Source: Chloroflexota bacterium
GTDB taxonomy: Bacteria; Chloroflexota; Dehalococcoidia; Bin125
Assembly: GCA_009838735.1 (NCBI GenBank)
Contig: VXQZ01000052.1
Location: 11,332 to 75,331 of the forward strand
Length of the DNA: 64,000 bases
Direction of reading: 5' to 3'
Below are positions 8,341-17,332 of this stretch, in pieces. The notes under the pieces are model-generated. The model was not told the origin of the DNA, did no database searches, and worked only from the letters and a program-made list of their open reading frames with translations. The translations under genes were made by a program, and so were the position numbers. Position 1 is the first letter of the stretch, and every line of letters begins with the position of its first letter.

Positions 8341-9327
8341 TCAGTCGACCTGGACGGCGCCGATCAACTCGGAGATATCCGAAACACCGTTGTCGCGGCA
8401 GTAATCGATCAGTTCCTCAAGCACACGGATCGCAGCGAACGGATCGCGGAACGATGCCGTGCCGACCTGGACGGCGCTGGCGCCGGCGAGCAAGAACTCC
8501 ACCGCGTCGCGGCCGTCCACGATGCCGCCGCAGCCAATCACGGGAATCTCAACCGCTCGGGCCGTCTCCCAGACCAACCGCAATGCCAACGGCTTGATCG
8601 CCGGTCCCGTGAGTCCTGCGACGGGACGATTGGTGCGCGGGCGACGCGTGTTGACGTCGATGTTCATGCCGACGAACGAGTTGGCCACGCAGAGGGCGTC
8701 GGCGCCGGCCTCTTCACAGGCTCTCGCGACGACGCTGATGTCGGTCACGTCGGGCGTCAGCTTGGCGATGACGGGCAGCGTGGTCGACGTCACCACCGCT
8801 TCGGTGACTCTGGCCGCCGCCACCGGATCGCGACCGAATGCGACTCCGCCCACATCGAGGTTGGGGCAGGAGATGTTGACCTCAAGGCCGGCGACTCCGG
8901 GCGCTCCGTCCAGCACCTGGGCCAAACGAGCGAACTCGTCCACGGTGTCGCCGAGCATGTTGACGACAACGGGCACATCCCAGGTTTCCCAGACGGTCGC
9001 CACTTCGTTCAGCAGCTTGCGCACGCCGATGTTCTGGAATCCGATGCTGTTGAGCATGCCGGCCGGCGTCTCGACAATCCGCGGTGTGGGATTGCCTCGC
9101 CGAGGCTTGAGCGTGACGCCTTTGGACAGCAGACCGCCGAGACGGTTGATATCGAAGAGCCGAGCGAACTCGAGACCGTTGCTCGACGTGCCCGAGGCAG
9201 TCATCACCGGGTTGCGGAGGATCAGCTCGCGCTTGGCGCCCGGCGCGAGATCAACCGTCAGGTCGGGCAACGGCTCGCGGTGTCTCAGAGACGGCTGGTC
9301 GAGCGTGTCAGCAGACGGCGACGACAT
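8341..9327 (-). CDS. pyrD: dihydroorotate dehydrogenase, class 1 catalytic subunit
   Basis: 328-aa TIM-barrel ORF with 'LRNPVMTASGT', 'GFQNIGV', 'NISCPN' and 'GCGGI'. No pyrK-like gene is adjacent, so the 1A versus 1B subclass is unresolved. Confidence 0.85.
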   Translation of the reverse strand: MSSPSADTLDQPSLRHREPLPDLTVDLAPGAKRELILRNPVMTASGTSSNGLEFARLFDINRLGGLLSKGVTLKPRRGNPTPRIVETPAGMLNSIGFQNIGVRKLLNEVATVWETWDVPVVVNMLGDTVDEFARLAQVLDGAPGVAGLEVNISCPNLDVGGVAFGRDPVAAARVTEAVVTSTTLPVIAKLTPDVTDISVVARACEEAGADALCVANSFVGMNIDVNTRRPRTNRPVAGLTGPAIKPLALRLVWETARAVEIPVIGCGGIVDGRDAVEFLLAGASAVQVGTASFRDPFAAIRVLEELIDYCRDNGVSDISELIGAVQVD

Positions 9328-9403
9328 CGTGCCTCCTTCCGCGCATGCTACGGCGCAGATGGGGCGCGGATCGGTTCAGTGACGAACTGGAGCCGGTGAA
9401 GAG

Positions 9404-9628
9404 CTAGTTGGAGTTCTCGGCGGGGCGGCGACGCTTGGAGATGCCCATGTCGTTCCAGCGCGAACGACCCTCGTTGCGATCCCAGATTGAATCCTCGGAG
9501 GAGTTGCGGAACTCTTTGGTTTCGCCGCAGCTGCAGACGCCCATGGACATCGGCCCGTTCGGCGCCTCGATCGTCCAGTGGTGGATGTGGGTGGGCGCTT
9601 CGCTCTTCAGACGAGTCTTGGCAGGCAT
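9404..9628 (-). CDS. small hypothetical protein (74 aa, Cys-x-Cys, basic C-terminus)
   Basis: GGAAGG lies about 8 nt upstream of the ATG, and third codon positions are G+C-rich like the neighbouring genes. Sequence includes 'HIHHWTIEAPNGPMSMGVCSCGETKEF'. No family recognised. Confidence 0.5.
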   Translation of the reverse strand: MPAKTRLKSEAPTHIHHWTIEAPNGPMSMGVCSCGETKEFRNSSEDSIWDRNEGRSRWNDMGISKRRRPAENSN

Positions 9629-10177
9629 TCAGGGAACCTTCCTGGGGCTGGGCAGCCGGGCTGAGGACGCAACCCGCGCTCTGTCAGTCCCACGTGAGCA
9701 GGACGCTACGTATGGGCTGGCTGCTGGGCAATACATCGGGCAACACACCGGATCTGCACCTGTAAAGTGGGATACGCGCCTGTAACTACTTGACGAATCG
9801 ACAGTTGATTCTGTTCCCGACAGGTCCCACCGAGCATGAATCGAGAGGATTCGTTCTCGATTTTGCCAATCGGAACGAACTTCGGAGAGAGTGGGCGCAT
9901 GTCATTGGGTTACGATGAACTCAGTCCGATCTGATGCTCCCGCGCACGCGGTGACCAGCCATGCGGATTTGATCAGCATTGATACTTACACCACTTCGCG
10001 AGCTACTGTTCCTGAGGCGCCAGCTATGGCGCGGAACACGACTTCGACCACGTCTCGGGCAGGCTCTTCTTCACGGTACCCCGATCGGGCGAATCCGGGG
10101 GTGACGTAGTCGTGGTCTGGCGTCGGCTGGCTGGCAAGGGTGACGGGCGCTCTGGGGGCGACGGGAAAGGCAATGGC

Positions 10178-11248
10178 ATGGTGCTGACGGTCGAGGCGGT
10201 TCGCGACACGCTGCGAACGATCCGCGATCCCCATCTGGGACGAGATCTGATCTCTCTGCGCACATTCGGCGGTGCGGTGATCGATGACGGATTGGTGACC
10301 GTCCATCTCACTCTTCCGCTGCATGGCTATCCATCACAAGAGGATCTCGAACAGCGGATTACCGAGGCGTTAGTCGACGCGGGGGCAACATCCGTCGCAT
10401 TCGAGGTTCGTGTCGATGTCCCTGCCTGGCAGGGCAGCGGACAACAGGCCGCCATTGGCGGCGTCAAGAACATCATCGCCGTGGCGTCAAACAAGGGCGG
10501 CGTGGGCAAGTCAACGATCGCGACGAATCTCGCCGTGGCACTAGCGCAGACGGGCGCCGCGGTTGGCCTCGTCGACGCGGACGCAACCGGTCCCAACCTG
10601 CCCACGATGTTCGGCTTGCCCAGCGGATACCAGGCCGAGAGCGAACGGGGATTACACCCGGTCGAACGCTATGGGGTCCGAGTGATCTCCCTCGGGTTCC
10701 TGATACCGCCCGGTGCTCCCGTGGTCTGGCGTGGTCCGATGATTGGCTCGGCGATCAAACAGTTGCTGCACGACGTGGACTGGGGGGAGGTCGACTATCT
10801 GCTGATCGATCTACCGCCGGGGACCAGCGACGCATCCATGTCGATGGCGCAGGAGGCGCCGATCGCGGGCGCTGTGATCGTATCGACCCCGCAACAGGTG
10901 GCGCTGGAGGACGCAAGCAAAGCGGTGACGATGTTCGAGAAGCTCGACGTGCCGGTGTTCGGCATCGTCGAGAACATGTCCTATTTCATCACGCCCGACA
11001 CCGGTCAGCGCGTTGAGATATTCGGGCATGGCGGCGCACGTGACGCCGCCGACGATCTGGAGATTGATTTTCTGGGCGAGGTGCCACTGGCGACCGAGGT
11101 CCGAGCCGGCGGAGACGATGGGCAACCGATCGTCGCGTTTGGCGCGGAACACCCGTCGGCACAGGCGTTTGCCGCAATAGCCAATCGCGTGGCGATCAAG
11201 GCCGCCGCTTCGGCGTTGCTGCAGGCGCCCACGGTGCCCGTCCTATGA
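10178..11248 (+). CDS. mrp: Mrp/ApbC/NBP35-family P-loop ATPase with N-terminal DUF59-like domain
   Basis: ATG at 10178 is preceded by GGGAAAGG. The DUF59-like N-terminus reads 'VRDTLRTIRDPHLGRDLISL'. Deviant Walker A 'ASNKGGVGKSTIATNLA'. 'ENMSYFITPDTGQRVEIFGHGG' occupies the place of the usual CxxC block. Confidence 0.85.
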   Translation: MVLTVEAVRDTLRTIRDPHLGRDLISLRTFGGAVIDDGLVTVHLTLPLHGYPSQEDLEQRITEALVDAGATSVAFEVRVDVPAWQGSGQQAAIGGVKNIIAVASNKGGVGKSTIATNLAVALAQTGAAVGLVDADATGPNLPTMFGLPSGYQAESERGLHPVERYGVRVISLGFLIPPGAPVVWRGPMIGSAIKQLLHDVDWGEVDYLLIDLPPGTSDASMSMAQEAPIAGAVIVSTPQQVALEDASKAVTMFEKLDVPVFGIVENMSYFITPDTGQRVEIFGHGGARDAADDLEIDFLGEVPLATEVRAGGDDGQPIVAFGAEHPSAQAFAAIANRVAIKAAASALLQAPTVPVL

Positions 11249-11263
11249 ACGGAAAGCTAGGAA

Positions 11264-12202
11264 ATGGCAAGGTTTTTGAGGCGGTCTGCATCGACTGACC
11301 AGCCCGCCGAGGACAAGAACGAAGAGCAACCACAGCCGGCTGTGAGAAGTCAGACGCCGGCCGAGGCGAGCCGGAAGAAGCCGGCGATGAATTCCCTGGT
11401 CGAGCCGCCAACGCGAGCCCCGTCCCGGCGTGGCGGCAGGCGTCGCTCATCAGGCGGCAACGGTTCCAGCAGTGCGACGGCACCCACAGCGGCTCCGAAC
11501 AAACCATCGGGCCGACGAGGCTCTCGTCGTGGCCCGCAGGAGACCCTACCCACGGATCCAACAGAGAAGATGCTGGCGCTGCTGGAGCGCCAGACCGCGC
11601 TGCTGGAGCAGCAAGGCAAGACGATTGAGCGCCTGGCTGAATCGCAAACGTTGCTGACGGAAACGCTGCTCGGCCAGCGAGGCGAAGATGCGATTCCGGC
11701 CAGGATCGAAGTTCTGCCCAGGTTGGCCATCTTCGTGGACGTCCCGAACATCCTGTACGGCGCGGAGTCGTCGGGCGTGCGTCTCAACTGGGGCAAGGTC
11801 GCCGACTTCCTCTCGCACGGACGCACGCTGGTGCGCGCAATCGCGTATGCGCCGATCTCGGACGACCCGACGGCAAGGACCGAGAACGAACGATTCGTTG
11901 TGCCGTTCCTCGACCACGGCTACCGGATCGCGACGAAGCCGCTCAAGCGTTTTACCGGCGGCTCGGTCAAGGCCAACTTCGATGTTGAACTGGCCATCGA
12001 TGTGCTGACCATGTCGGACCGCGTTGACGTGATCGTCCTGGTCTCCGGCGATGGCGATTTCCGCCGACTCGTTGAGATCGTCGGCGCCCGCGGGGTCAGG
12101 GTCGAGGTGATGGCGTTCGGCAAGAGCACATCATCCGACCTGCGCCAGGTCGCGGACCGCTACATCGACATCGCCCAGTACGCGGATCAACTCCGCGACT
12201 GA
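11264..12202 (+). CDS. NYN/LabA-like (DUF88) domain protein with a long disordered, coiled-coil N-terminal region
   Basis: The C-terminal half has 'LAIFVDVPNILYGA', 'ELAIDVL' and 'VLVSGDGDFRRLVE'. The N-terminal ~100 aa are Arg/Ser/Pro-rich, followed by the heptad-like 'KMLALLERQTALLEQQGKTIERLAESQTLL'. Confidence 0.75.
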   Translation: MARFLRRSASTDQPAEDKNEEQPQPAVRSQTPAEASRKKPAMNSLVEPPTRAPSRRGGRRRSSGGNGSSSATAPTAAPNKPSGRRGSRRGPQETLPTDPTEKMLALLERQTALLEQQGKTIERLAESQTLLTETLLGQRGEDAIPARIEVLPRLAIFVDVPNILYGAESSGVRLNWGKVADFLSHGRTLVRAIAYAPISDDPTARTENERFVVPFLDHGYRIATKPLKRFTGGSVKANFDVELAIDVLTMSDRVDVIVLVSGDGDFRRLVEIVGARGVRVEVMAFGKSTSSDLRQVADRYIDIAQYADQLRD

Positions 12203-12215
12203 GCGCCGCGCTCGG

Positions 12216-13055
12216 CTATTCGGGGGCGAAGTATCGCGCCCCGTCTCGTCGGGCTGCGCGTCCCAGTCCGGGGAAGTTGAAGTGGCCTGAGGCAATCAGG
12301 GCGTTTTCGGCTTCGATCTGGTCGAACAGCATGTGGCGGCTGGCGGTCGAGTCCGTCGTATTGACATCGGCGCCCGGGCACCAATCGGTCTCCGTGAGTT
12401 GCACCAGATGGTGGGCGGCATCGCCGATCACGTAGGCCTTCTCGCCCCCGCTGTTGACGGCGAACGCCACATGCCCGGGAGTGTGACCGGGCGTCGGCAC
12501 GGTAACTACCTCCGACGTCAGGACGTGCTCACCCTCGACGAAGTCGACGAGACCGGCATCCACGATCGGGCTGAGCACGTTGTCATAGCCCGCGCCCTCC
12601 CTGAGCTCATCGCTACTGGTCCAATAGTCCCACTCGGCCTGCTGGATGATGTGTCGCGCGTTGGGGAATTGCGGAACCGGTGTCCCGTCGTTGTCCCAGG
12701 TGTTCCATCCCGTGTGGTCGAAGTGCAGGTGAGAGAACGCGACGACGTCGATATCGTTCGGGGAGACGCCCGCCTCTTCCATCACGCTCGGGAGCGCCGG
12801 CGGTTCCTTGAGCGGCATCATCGTCGGACGTCCGCCGATGCCCGAGTCGACCAGAATCGTCGTGCCTTCGGAGATCACGATCCAGGCGCCCAGGTTGAGC
12901 GTCAGGTGACCTTCATCCGTGAGCAGGTCGCGGTAGCTGTCCCAGTCCGAGTCAGTGGTCTTGTTGAAAAACGCAGTGGGCGGCATCGTCGCCCACGAGT
13001 CCTGGACGGCGATCATTGTCGCGCCGCCAACTTCTACCTTGTGGAACCGTCCCAT
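12216..13055 (-). CDS. MBL-fold metallo-hydrolase (lactonase-like)
   Basis: HxHxDH motif 'FSHLHFDHTGW' with downstream 'PTPGHTPGH' and 'GDAAHH'. GGAGAGG lies upstream of the ATG. Confidence 0.8.
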   Translation of the reverse strand: MGRFHKVEVGGATMIAVQDSWATMPPTAFFNKTTDSDWDSYRDLLTDEGHLTLNLGAWIVISEGTTILVDSGIGGRPTMMPLKEPPALPSVMEEAGVSPNDIDVVAFSHLHFDHTGWNTWDNDGTPVPQFPNARHIIQQAEWDYWTSSDELREGAGYDNVLSPIVDAGLVDFVEGEHVLTSEVVTVPTPGHTPGHVAFAVNSGGEKAYVIGDAAHHLVQLTETDWCPGADVNTTDSTASRHMLFDQIEAENALIASGHFNFPGLGRAARRDGARYFAPE

Positions 13056-13087
13056 GATCGCCGCCTCTCCAGGATCCGCGCAGCGTT

Positions 13088-13108
13088 GTCCGCGCCGTCT
13101 GCGCGGAC
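13088..13108 (-). terminator. GC-rich hairpin downstream of glcF
   Basis: GTCCGCGC-CGTCT-GCGCGGAC (8-bp stem, 5-nt loop) lies 31 nt beyond the glcF stop. There is no U-tract, so the function is uncertain. Confidence 0.3.
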
Positions 13109-13138
13109 TGCCCTGACTGCGCTAGGGAGGCTAACGGA

Positions 13139-14497
13139 TTAGCCGTTGCCGGCCGCGTCCCCGAGTCGGTAGGACTCGTCCAGCAGTTCGATCGCGTGAG
13201 TGGATCGAGGCATCATCTGGGAGTCGTCGTCAAAACGCGAAATGCCGGCGTCGAGCTGCAACATGCATCCCGGGTTGGCCGTGCAAACCTGCTCGGCGCC
13301 GGTTGAGAGCACGTCTTCCATCTTCTCGGCCAGCACCCGTTTCGAGATATCGCTCTGTACCACCGAGTAGATCCCGGCGGAGCCGCAACACTTGTCGGGC
13401 TTGCGCATCTCGCTCAGGGTTAGCCCCGGAATGCTGCGCAGGACGTCCCGTGGGGCGCTACGAACATTCTGGGCATGCGAGAGGTGACAGGAATCCTGGT
13501 AGGTGACGGTTCGTTCGACTCGACCTTCTGGGGCGGCAAAGCCGATTTGCACGAGATACTCGTGCACATCACGAACGCGCGCCGCAAACGCCTTCGCTCG
13601 TTCCGAGTATGCGGTGTCGTTGCGGAGCAGATGACCGTACTCCTTGAGGTGCGACCCGCAGCCCGCCGCATTGATCAGAATTGCGTCGGGCAGATCCGCC
13701 GACTCGGGCGTGATGGCGTCGATGTTTCGTCGGGCCAGGTCGCGCGCTGCTTCCACGTCGCCACCGTGAGCGTGCAGGGCGCCGCAGCAGACCTGCGCGT
13801 TCGGAGCGTTGACGGCGACGCCGTTTCGCGTGAACACGCGGACGGTGGCGCGGTGGGTCTCCGGGTAGGCCAGCGGCATCATGCAGCCGGTAATCAATGC
13901 GGCTCGCGCGCGAACGGGCGCCGTCGGCTTGACTTGAGAGGCCTCGTTGTTTGTGTAGAAGGGTCTGTCGGCGACCGGCGATAGCGAGTCGATGTCCGCA
14001 AGCCGTGGCGAGAGCCTTGCCAACAAGCCAGTCTTCCTCACCAGCGCCTGGAGTCCTGTCCGCTGGTAGAGCTTCAATCCGTACCCGGCCAGTCGCATGC
14101 GCCCGGGATACGGGAAGAGTCCATGCATGATCAGCCGCCAGAAGACGCGCTGTCGGCGGGGCCACCTGTTCTGCGCAAAGGCCTCGGCGCGAGTCGCTTC
14201 CATCAGGCGTCCGTACGGCACCTTCGATGGACAGGCGGTCTCGCAGGCGCGGCACTGCAGGCATTGATCGAAGTGCTGCTGGACTCGCGGCGACCACTCG
14301 ATCCGTCCGTCGTCGAGTCCTCGCATCAGCGCGATGCGGCCACGCGGAGAGTCAGTCTCGACGCCCAGATCGTGATACGTCGGGCAGGCATTGAGACAGA
14401 ATCCACAGTGGACGCACAGGCCCAGTTCACCTGCGTCGGGCCGATCCTCGGTCATCCAGATCGATTCACTGTCCAACGGCGACGGAGCGATGGTCAT
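13139..14497 (-). CDS. glcF: glycolate oxidase iron-sulfur subunit
   Basis: Two ferredoxin-type motifs ('CVHCGFCLNACP', 'CLQCRACETACP') and C-terminal CCG-type Cys motifs ('VCCGALHAH', 'KCCGSAG'). It is the last gene of a glcD-glcE-glcF order. Confidence 0.85.
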   Translation of the reverse strand: MTIAPSPLDSESIWMTEDRPDAGELGLCVHCGFCLNACPTYHDLGVETDSPRGRIALMRGLDDGRIEWSPRVQQHFDQCLQCRACETACPSKVPYGRLMEATRAEAFAQNRWPRRQRVFWRLIMHGLFPYPGRMRLAGYGLKLYQRTGLQALVRKTGLLARLSPRLADIDSLSPVADRPFYTNNEASQVKPTAPVRARAALITGCMMPLAYPETHRATVRVFTRNGVAVNAPNAQVCCGALHAHGGDVEAARDLARRNIDAITPESADLPDAILINAAGCGSHLKEYGHLLRNDTAYSERAKAFAARVRDVHEYLVQIGFAAPEGRVERTVTYQDSCHLSHAQNVRSAPRDVLRSIPGLTLSEMRKPDKCCGSAGIYSVVQSDISKRVLAEKMEDVLSTGAEQVCTANPGCMLQLDAGISRFDDDSQMMPRSTHAIELLDESYRLGDAAGNG

Positions 14498-14506
14498 GGA
14501 AGCAGC

Positions 14507-15829
14507 TTAGATTCCATCTACGAAACGACCAGGACTGAGGATTCCCGAGGGGTCGAACTGCGCCTTGACGTTGTGCATCAGTCGGGCACCGGGACCGGCG
14601 GGCCCCCAGACATCGACTGCGCGCTTCAGCTCGAGCGGGCCTGACTCGATGGTCAGTCTTCCCTGGAGAGGGCCGAGAAGAGTTCGCAAGGTCTTCACCG
14701 TGTCGGCGTCGACGGTTGGTACATCGACCAACATCAATCCCGAATCGGCAGCGGCAACCCAGGACGTCACTTCCGGCAGATTGTCGGCGAGGATCCGTTG
14801 CCCCCGCGGCAGATTGGCCGGAGGGAGGCCCAATCGCAGCCTGACACAAGCTTCAGTGTTCTGGAGCTCCAGATCTGCAACTGCTTGCCAGGTCTCAACG
14901 ATCGCGGTCGTGGTCCGTTCCGGATTGTCGATTCCGGCATCGCGAACGGCACGCAGCGCCTGAGCCAGCACTTCGGACGCGGCGGTTTCCAGTCCGTTTG
15001 CTCGGAGCAGGATCGCCGGCTGGTCGTGGAGCACCTTGGCGCCAAGGTCGTGTGCATTAGCCGAGGCTCCGGCCGAGAGCGCTACGCATCCATTGAGAAA
15101 CGGCGCTGCATTCGCCGCCGCCCGAGAAGCAGCCAGCGCCGACTCAAAGGTCGGGGCGTTGAGCGCCACGATCTGGTCGCTGGCCGGCTGCGGCCGGAGC
15201 TTGAGCGTTACTTCGACGATGACGCCAAGGGTGCCAAGGGAGCCGGCAAACAGCTTGGGCAGGTCGTACCCGCTGACATTCTTGACCACCTTGCCGCCGC
15301 CCTTGATCGCCGTCCCGTCGGCCTTGACCATGCGCATCCCAATCAGCCAGTCGCGCGGTCCGCCGAACGAACCGCGCCGCAGTCCCCCGCGTCCGACGGC
15401 GCAGATGCCGCCGAGAGTGGCCCGCTCAAAATGGGGGTGATCGAGCGGCAAGAACTGTCCGTTGGTGGCCAAATGGCGTTGCAGTTCCGCCAGGGTCATC
15501 CCGGCCTGCACGGTGATCGTGAAGTCATTGGGTTCGTAGTCGACGACCTGGTCCAGCGCTGAGAGATCAAGTGCCACGTCGTACTTGCGAGGTGGCATTC
15601 CGAGGTCGCGCATGGTTCGACCGCCGTGCGCAATAACTGACAGATCTCGTTCAGTCGCGAACGACTGCAAGCGCTCAACGTCTTCGATCTCAGTCGCCCT
15701 GACCGCTCCGTCGGGGACGAGATCGTCAACGGCGTAGCGCCTCAGGCGTTCGCTATCCGAGTCGACGTTGTCGAACAGTGAACTGAGAGAATCGAGCCGG
15801 GCAGTGTCGCCAGTCTCAGCGCCCGCCAT
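14507..15829 (-). CDS. glcE: glycolate oxidase FAD-binding subunit
   Basis: 440-aa FAD-binding PCMH-type ORF positioned between glcD and glcF. Confidence 0.8.
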   Translation of the reverse strand: MAGAETGDTARLDSLSSLFDNVDSDSERLRRYAVDDLVPDGAVRATEIEDVERLQSFATERDLSVIAHGGRTMRDLGMPPRKYDVALDLSALDQVVDYEPNDFTITVQAGMTLAELQRHLATNGQFLPLDHPHFERATLGGICAVGRGGLRRGSFGGPRDWLIGMRMVKADGTAIKGGGKVVKNVSGYDLPKLFAGSLGTLGVIVEVTLKLRPQPASDQIVALNAPTFESALAASRAAANAAPFLNGCVALSAGASANAHDLGAKVLHDQPAILLRANGLETAASEVLAQALRAVRDAGIDNPERTTTAIVETWQAVADLELQNTEACVRLRLGLPPANLPRGQRILADNLPEVTSWVAAADSGLMLVDVPTVDADTVKTLRTLLGPLQGRLTIESGPLELKRAVDVWGPAGPGARLMHNVKAQFDPSGILSPGRFVDGI

Positions 15830-15856
15830 GTTGCAGTCCGGGGTACGCCAGCCGAT

Positions 15857-17311
15857 TCATACAAACGCTTTGGGGCCGAACTTGGCGATCTGATGTTGGG
15901 CGTGCTGGTGACCAGCTTCTCCGCACCCGTGGCCCTTGGGGAAGATCTTGCAGGGGTTGAAGTTCTCGGTCGGCCCGAACGCGGCCCGCAGCGATTTCAT
16001 CGTGTCCATGTCGGCCTCGGTGAAGATCCAGGGCAGGTAATCTCGCTTTTCCAGACCGACGCCGTGTTCTCCGGTGATCGCGCCGCCAGCATCGACACAC
16101 AGGCGCATAATCTCGCCGCCGGCATCGAGTACTCGCTCGGTTGCGCCGGGTTCTCGTTCGTCGAACAGCAGACAGGGATGCAGGTTGCCGTCGCCAGCGT
16201 GGAACATGTTGGCTACGGGCAATCGATATCGCTCGGCGATCTCGTAGACGCCGTCCAGGACGTCGGGCAATTGGGTTCTCGGGACCACGCCGTCCAACAG
16301 GTAGTAGTTGGGCATAATCTGGCCCAGCGCGCCAATGGCGCCCTTGCGGCCGGCCCAGAGATGCTCACGCTCCTCCGGATCGGTGGCCGACCGGAGTTCA
16401 CGGGGTTCAAATCGATTGAGAATGCCCTCGACCCGCGCCCCCTCTGCCTCAACCTGAGATTCCGGTCCGTCGACCTCGACCAACAGGACGGCTTCAGCGT
16501 CGAGGGGGAATCCGGTGTTGAGCACCGGCTCGACGGCGGCGATCGTCATCTTGTCGATCATCTCCAACGCCGCTGGGACGATTCCCGAAGCGACGACAGC
16601 CGACACTGCGTTTGACGCCTGTCTGACGCTGTCGTAGATGGCAAGCATCGTTCGCACGGCGGTCGGCCTGGGCACCAGACGGACGAGCGCCTGAGTGACG
16701 ATTCCGACCGTGCCTTCCGAGCCGACCACGCAACCAACCAGGTCGTATCCTGGTTCGTCGCGGGTGTCGTGCCCGATCCACTGGACCTCTCCGTCGGCGG
16801 TGACCAGTTCCAGCGCGAGCACGTGATTCGTGGTCGTGCCCCAGGCGAGCGTATGCGGCCCGCCGGCATTCTCGGCGATGTTGCCGCCGATGGTGCAGGC
16901 CCGCTGTGAACTCGGGTCTGGCGCGTAGGCGAGGCCATAGCGCTCGGCCTCGGATCCGAGGTCGAGGTTGACCACGCCGGGCTGAACCAGCGCCGTTTTG
17001 TTCTCCGGATCGACGTCGAGTATGCGTCGCATCCGGTTCATGCCAATAATCACGCCGCCCTTGGCCGCAAGCGCTCCGCCGCTGAGACCGGTGCCCGCTC
17101 CGCGGGGAGTCACCGGCGCCTCGTACTTGTTGGCGATCTTGATGAGGCTGACCACATCGACGGTGTTGGCCGGCAAGGCGATCACGTCCGGATTGCCACG
17201 GTCGATCGTGCCGTCGTACTCGTAGACGAGCAGATCTTCGTCGTGCCAGACCACGGCTTCCTCGCCAATGGCGTCAATCAGGTCCAGGACGAGCGGCGTA
17301 GGTGTCTTCAT
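15857..17311 (-). CDS. glcD: glycolate oxidase subunit GlcD (FAD-linked oxidase)
   Basis: 484 aa with 'VTPRGAGTGLSGGA' and a C-terminal FAD-oxidase domain 'ITGEHGVGLEKRDYL'. Confidence 0.9.
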   Translation of the reverse strand: MKTPTPLVLDLIDAIGEEAVVWHDEDLLVYEYDGTIDRGNPDVIALPANTVDVVSLIKIANKYEAPVTPRGAGTGLSGGALAAKGGVIIGMNRMRRILDVDPENKTALVQPGVVNLDLGSEAERYGLAYAPDPSSQRACTIGGNIAENAGGPHTLAWGTTTNHVLALELVTADGEVQWIGHDTRDEPGYDLVGCVVGSEGTVGIVTQALVRLVPRPTAVRTMLAIYDSVRQASNAVSAVVASGIVPAALEMIDKMTIAAVEPVLNTGFPLDAEAVLLVEVDGPESQVEAEGARVEGILNRFEPRELRSATDPEEREHLWAGRKGAIGALGQIMPNYYLLDGVVPRTQLPDVLDGVYEIAERYRLPVANMFHAGDGNLHPCLLFDEREPGATERVLDAGGEIMRLCVDAGGAITGEHGVGLEKRDYLPWIFTEADMDTMKSLRAAFGPTENFNPCKIFPKGHGCGEAGHQHAQHQIAKFGPKAFV

Positions 17312-17332
17312 GGTTCAATCATAGAGGGGCAC

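Noticed and set aside
8326-9399. 357-aa plus-strand ORF (and 307-aa ORF 8459..9382) covering the pyrD locus
   Set aside because: It is antisense to a motif-rich pyrD gene. The translation is Arg/Gly/Asp/Ala-rich low-information sequence with no motifs, which is a typical shadow ORF in G+C-rich DNA.
9629-10177. tmRNA, RNase P RNA, SRP RNA or 6S RNA in the long intergenic region
   Set aside because: I could not find the conserved cores: no GAGGAAAGUCC-type RNase P block, no tRNA-like T-arm plus CCA end, and no SRP GGAA-tetraloop helix 8 motif. Only a generic hairpin is supported.
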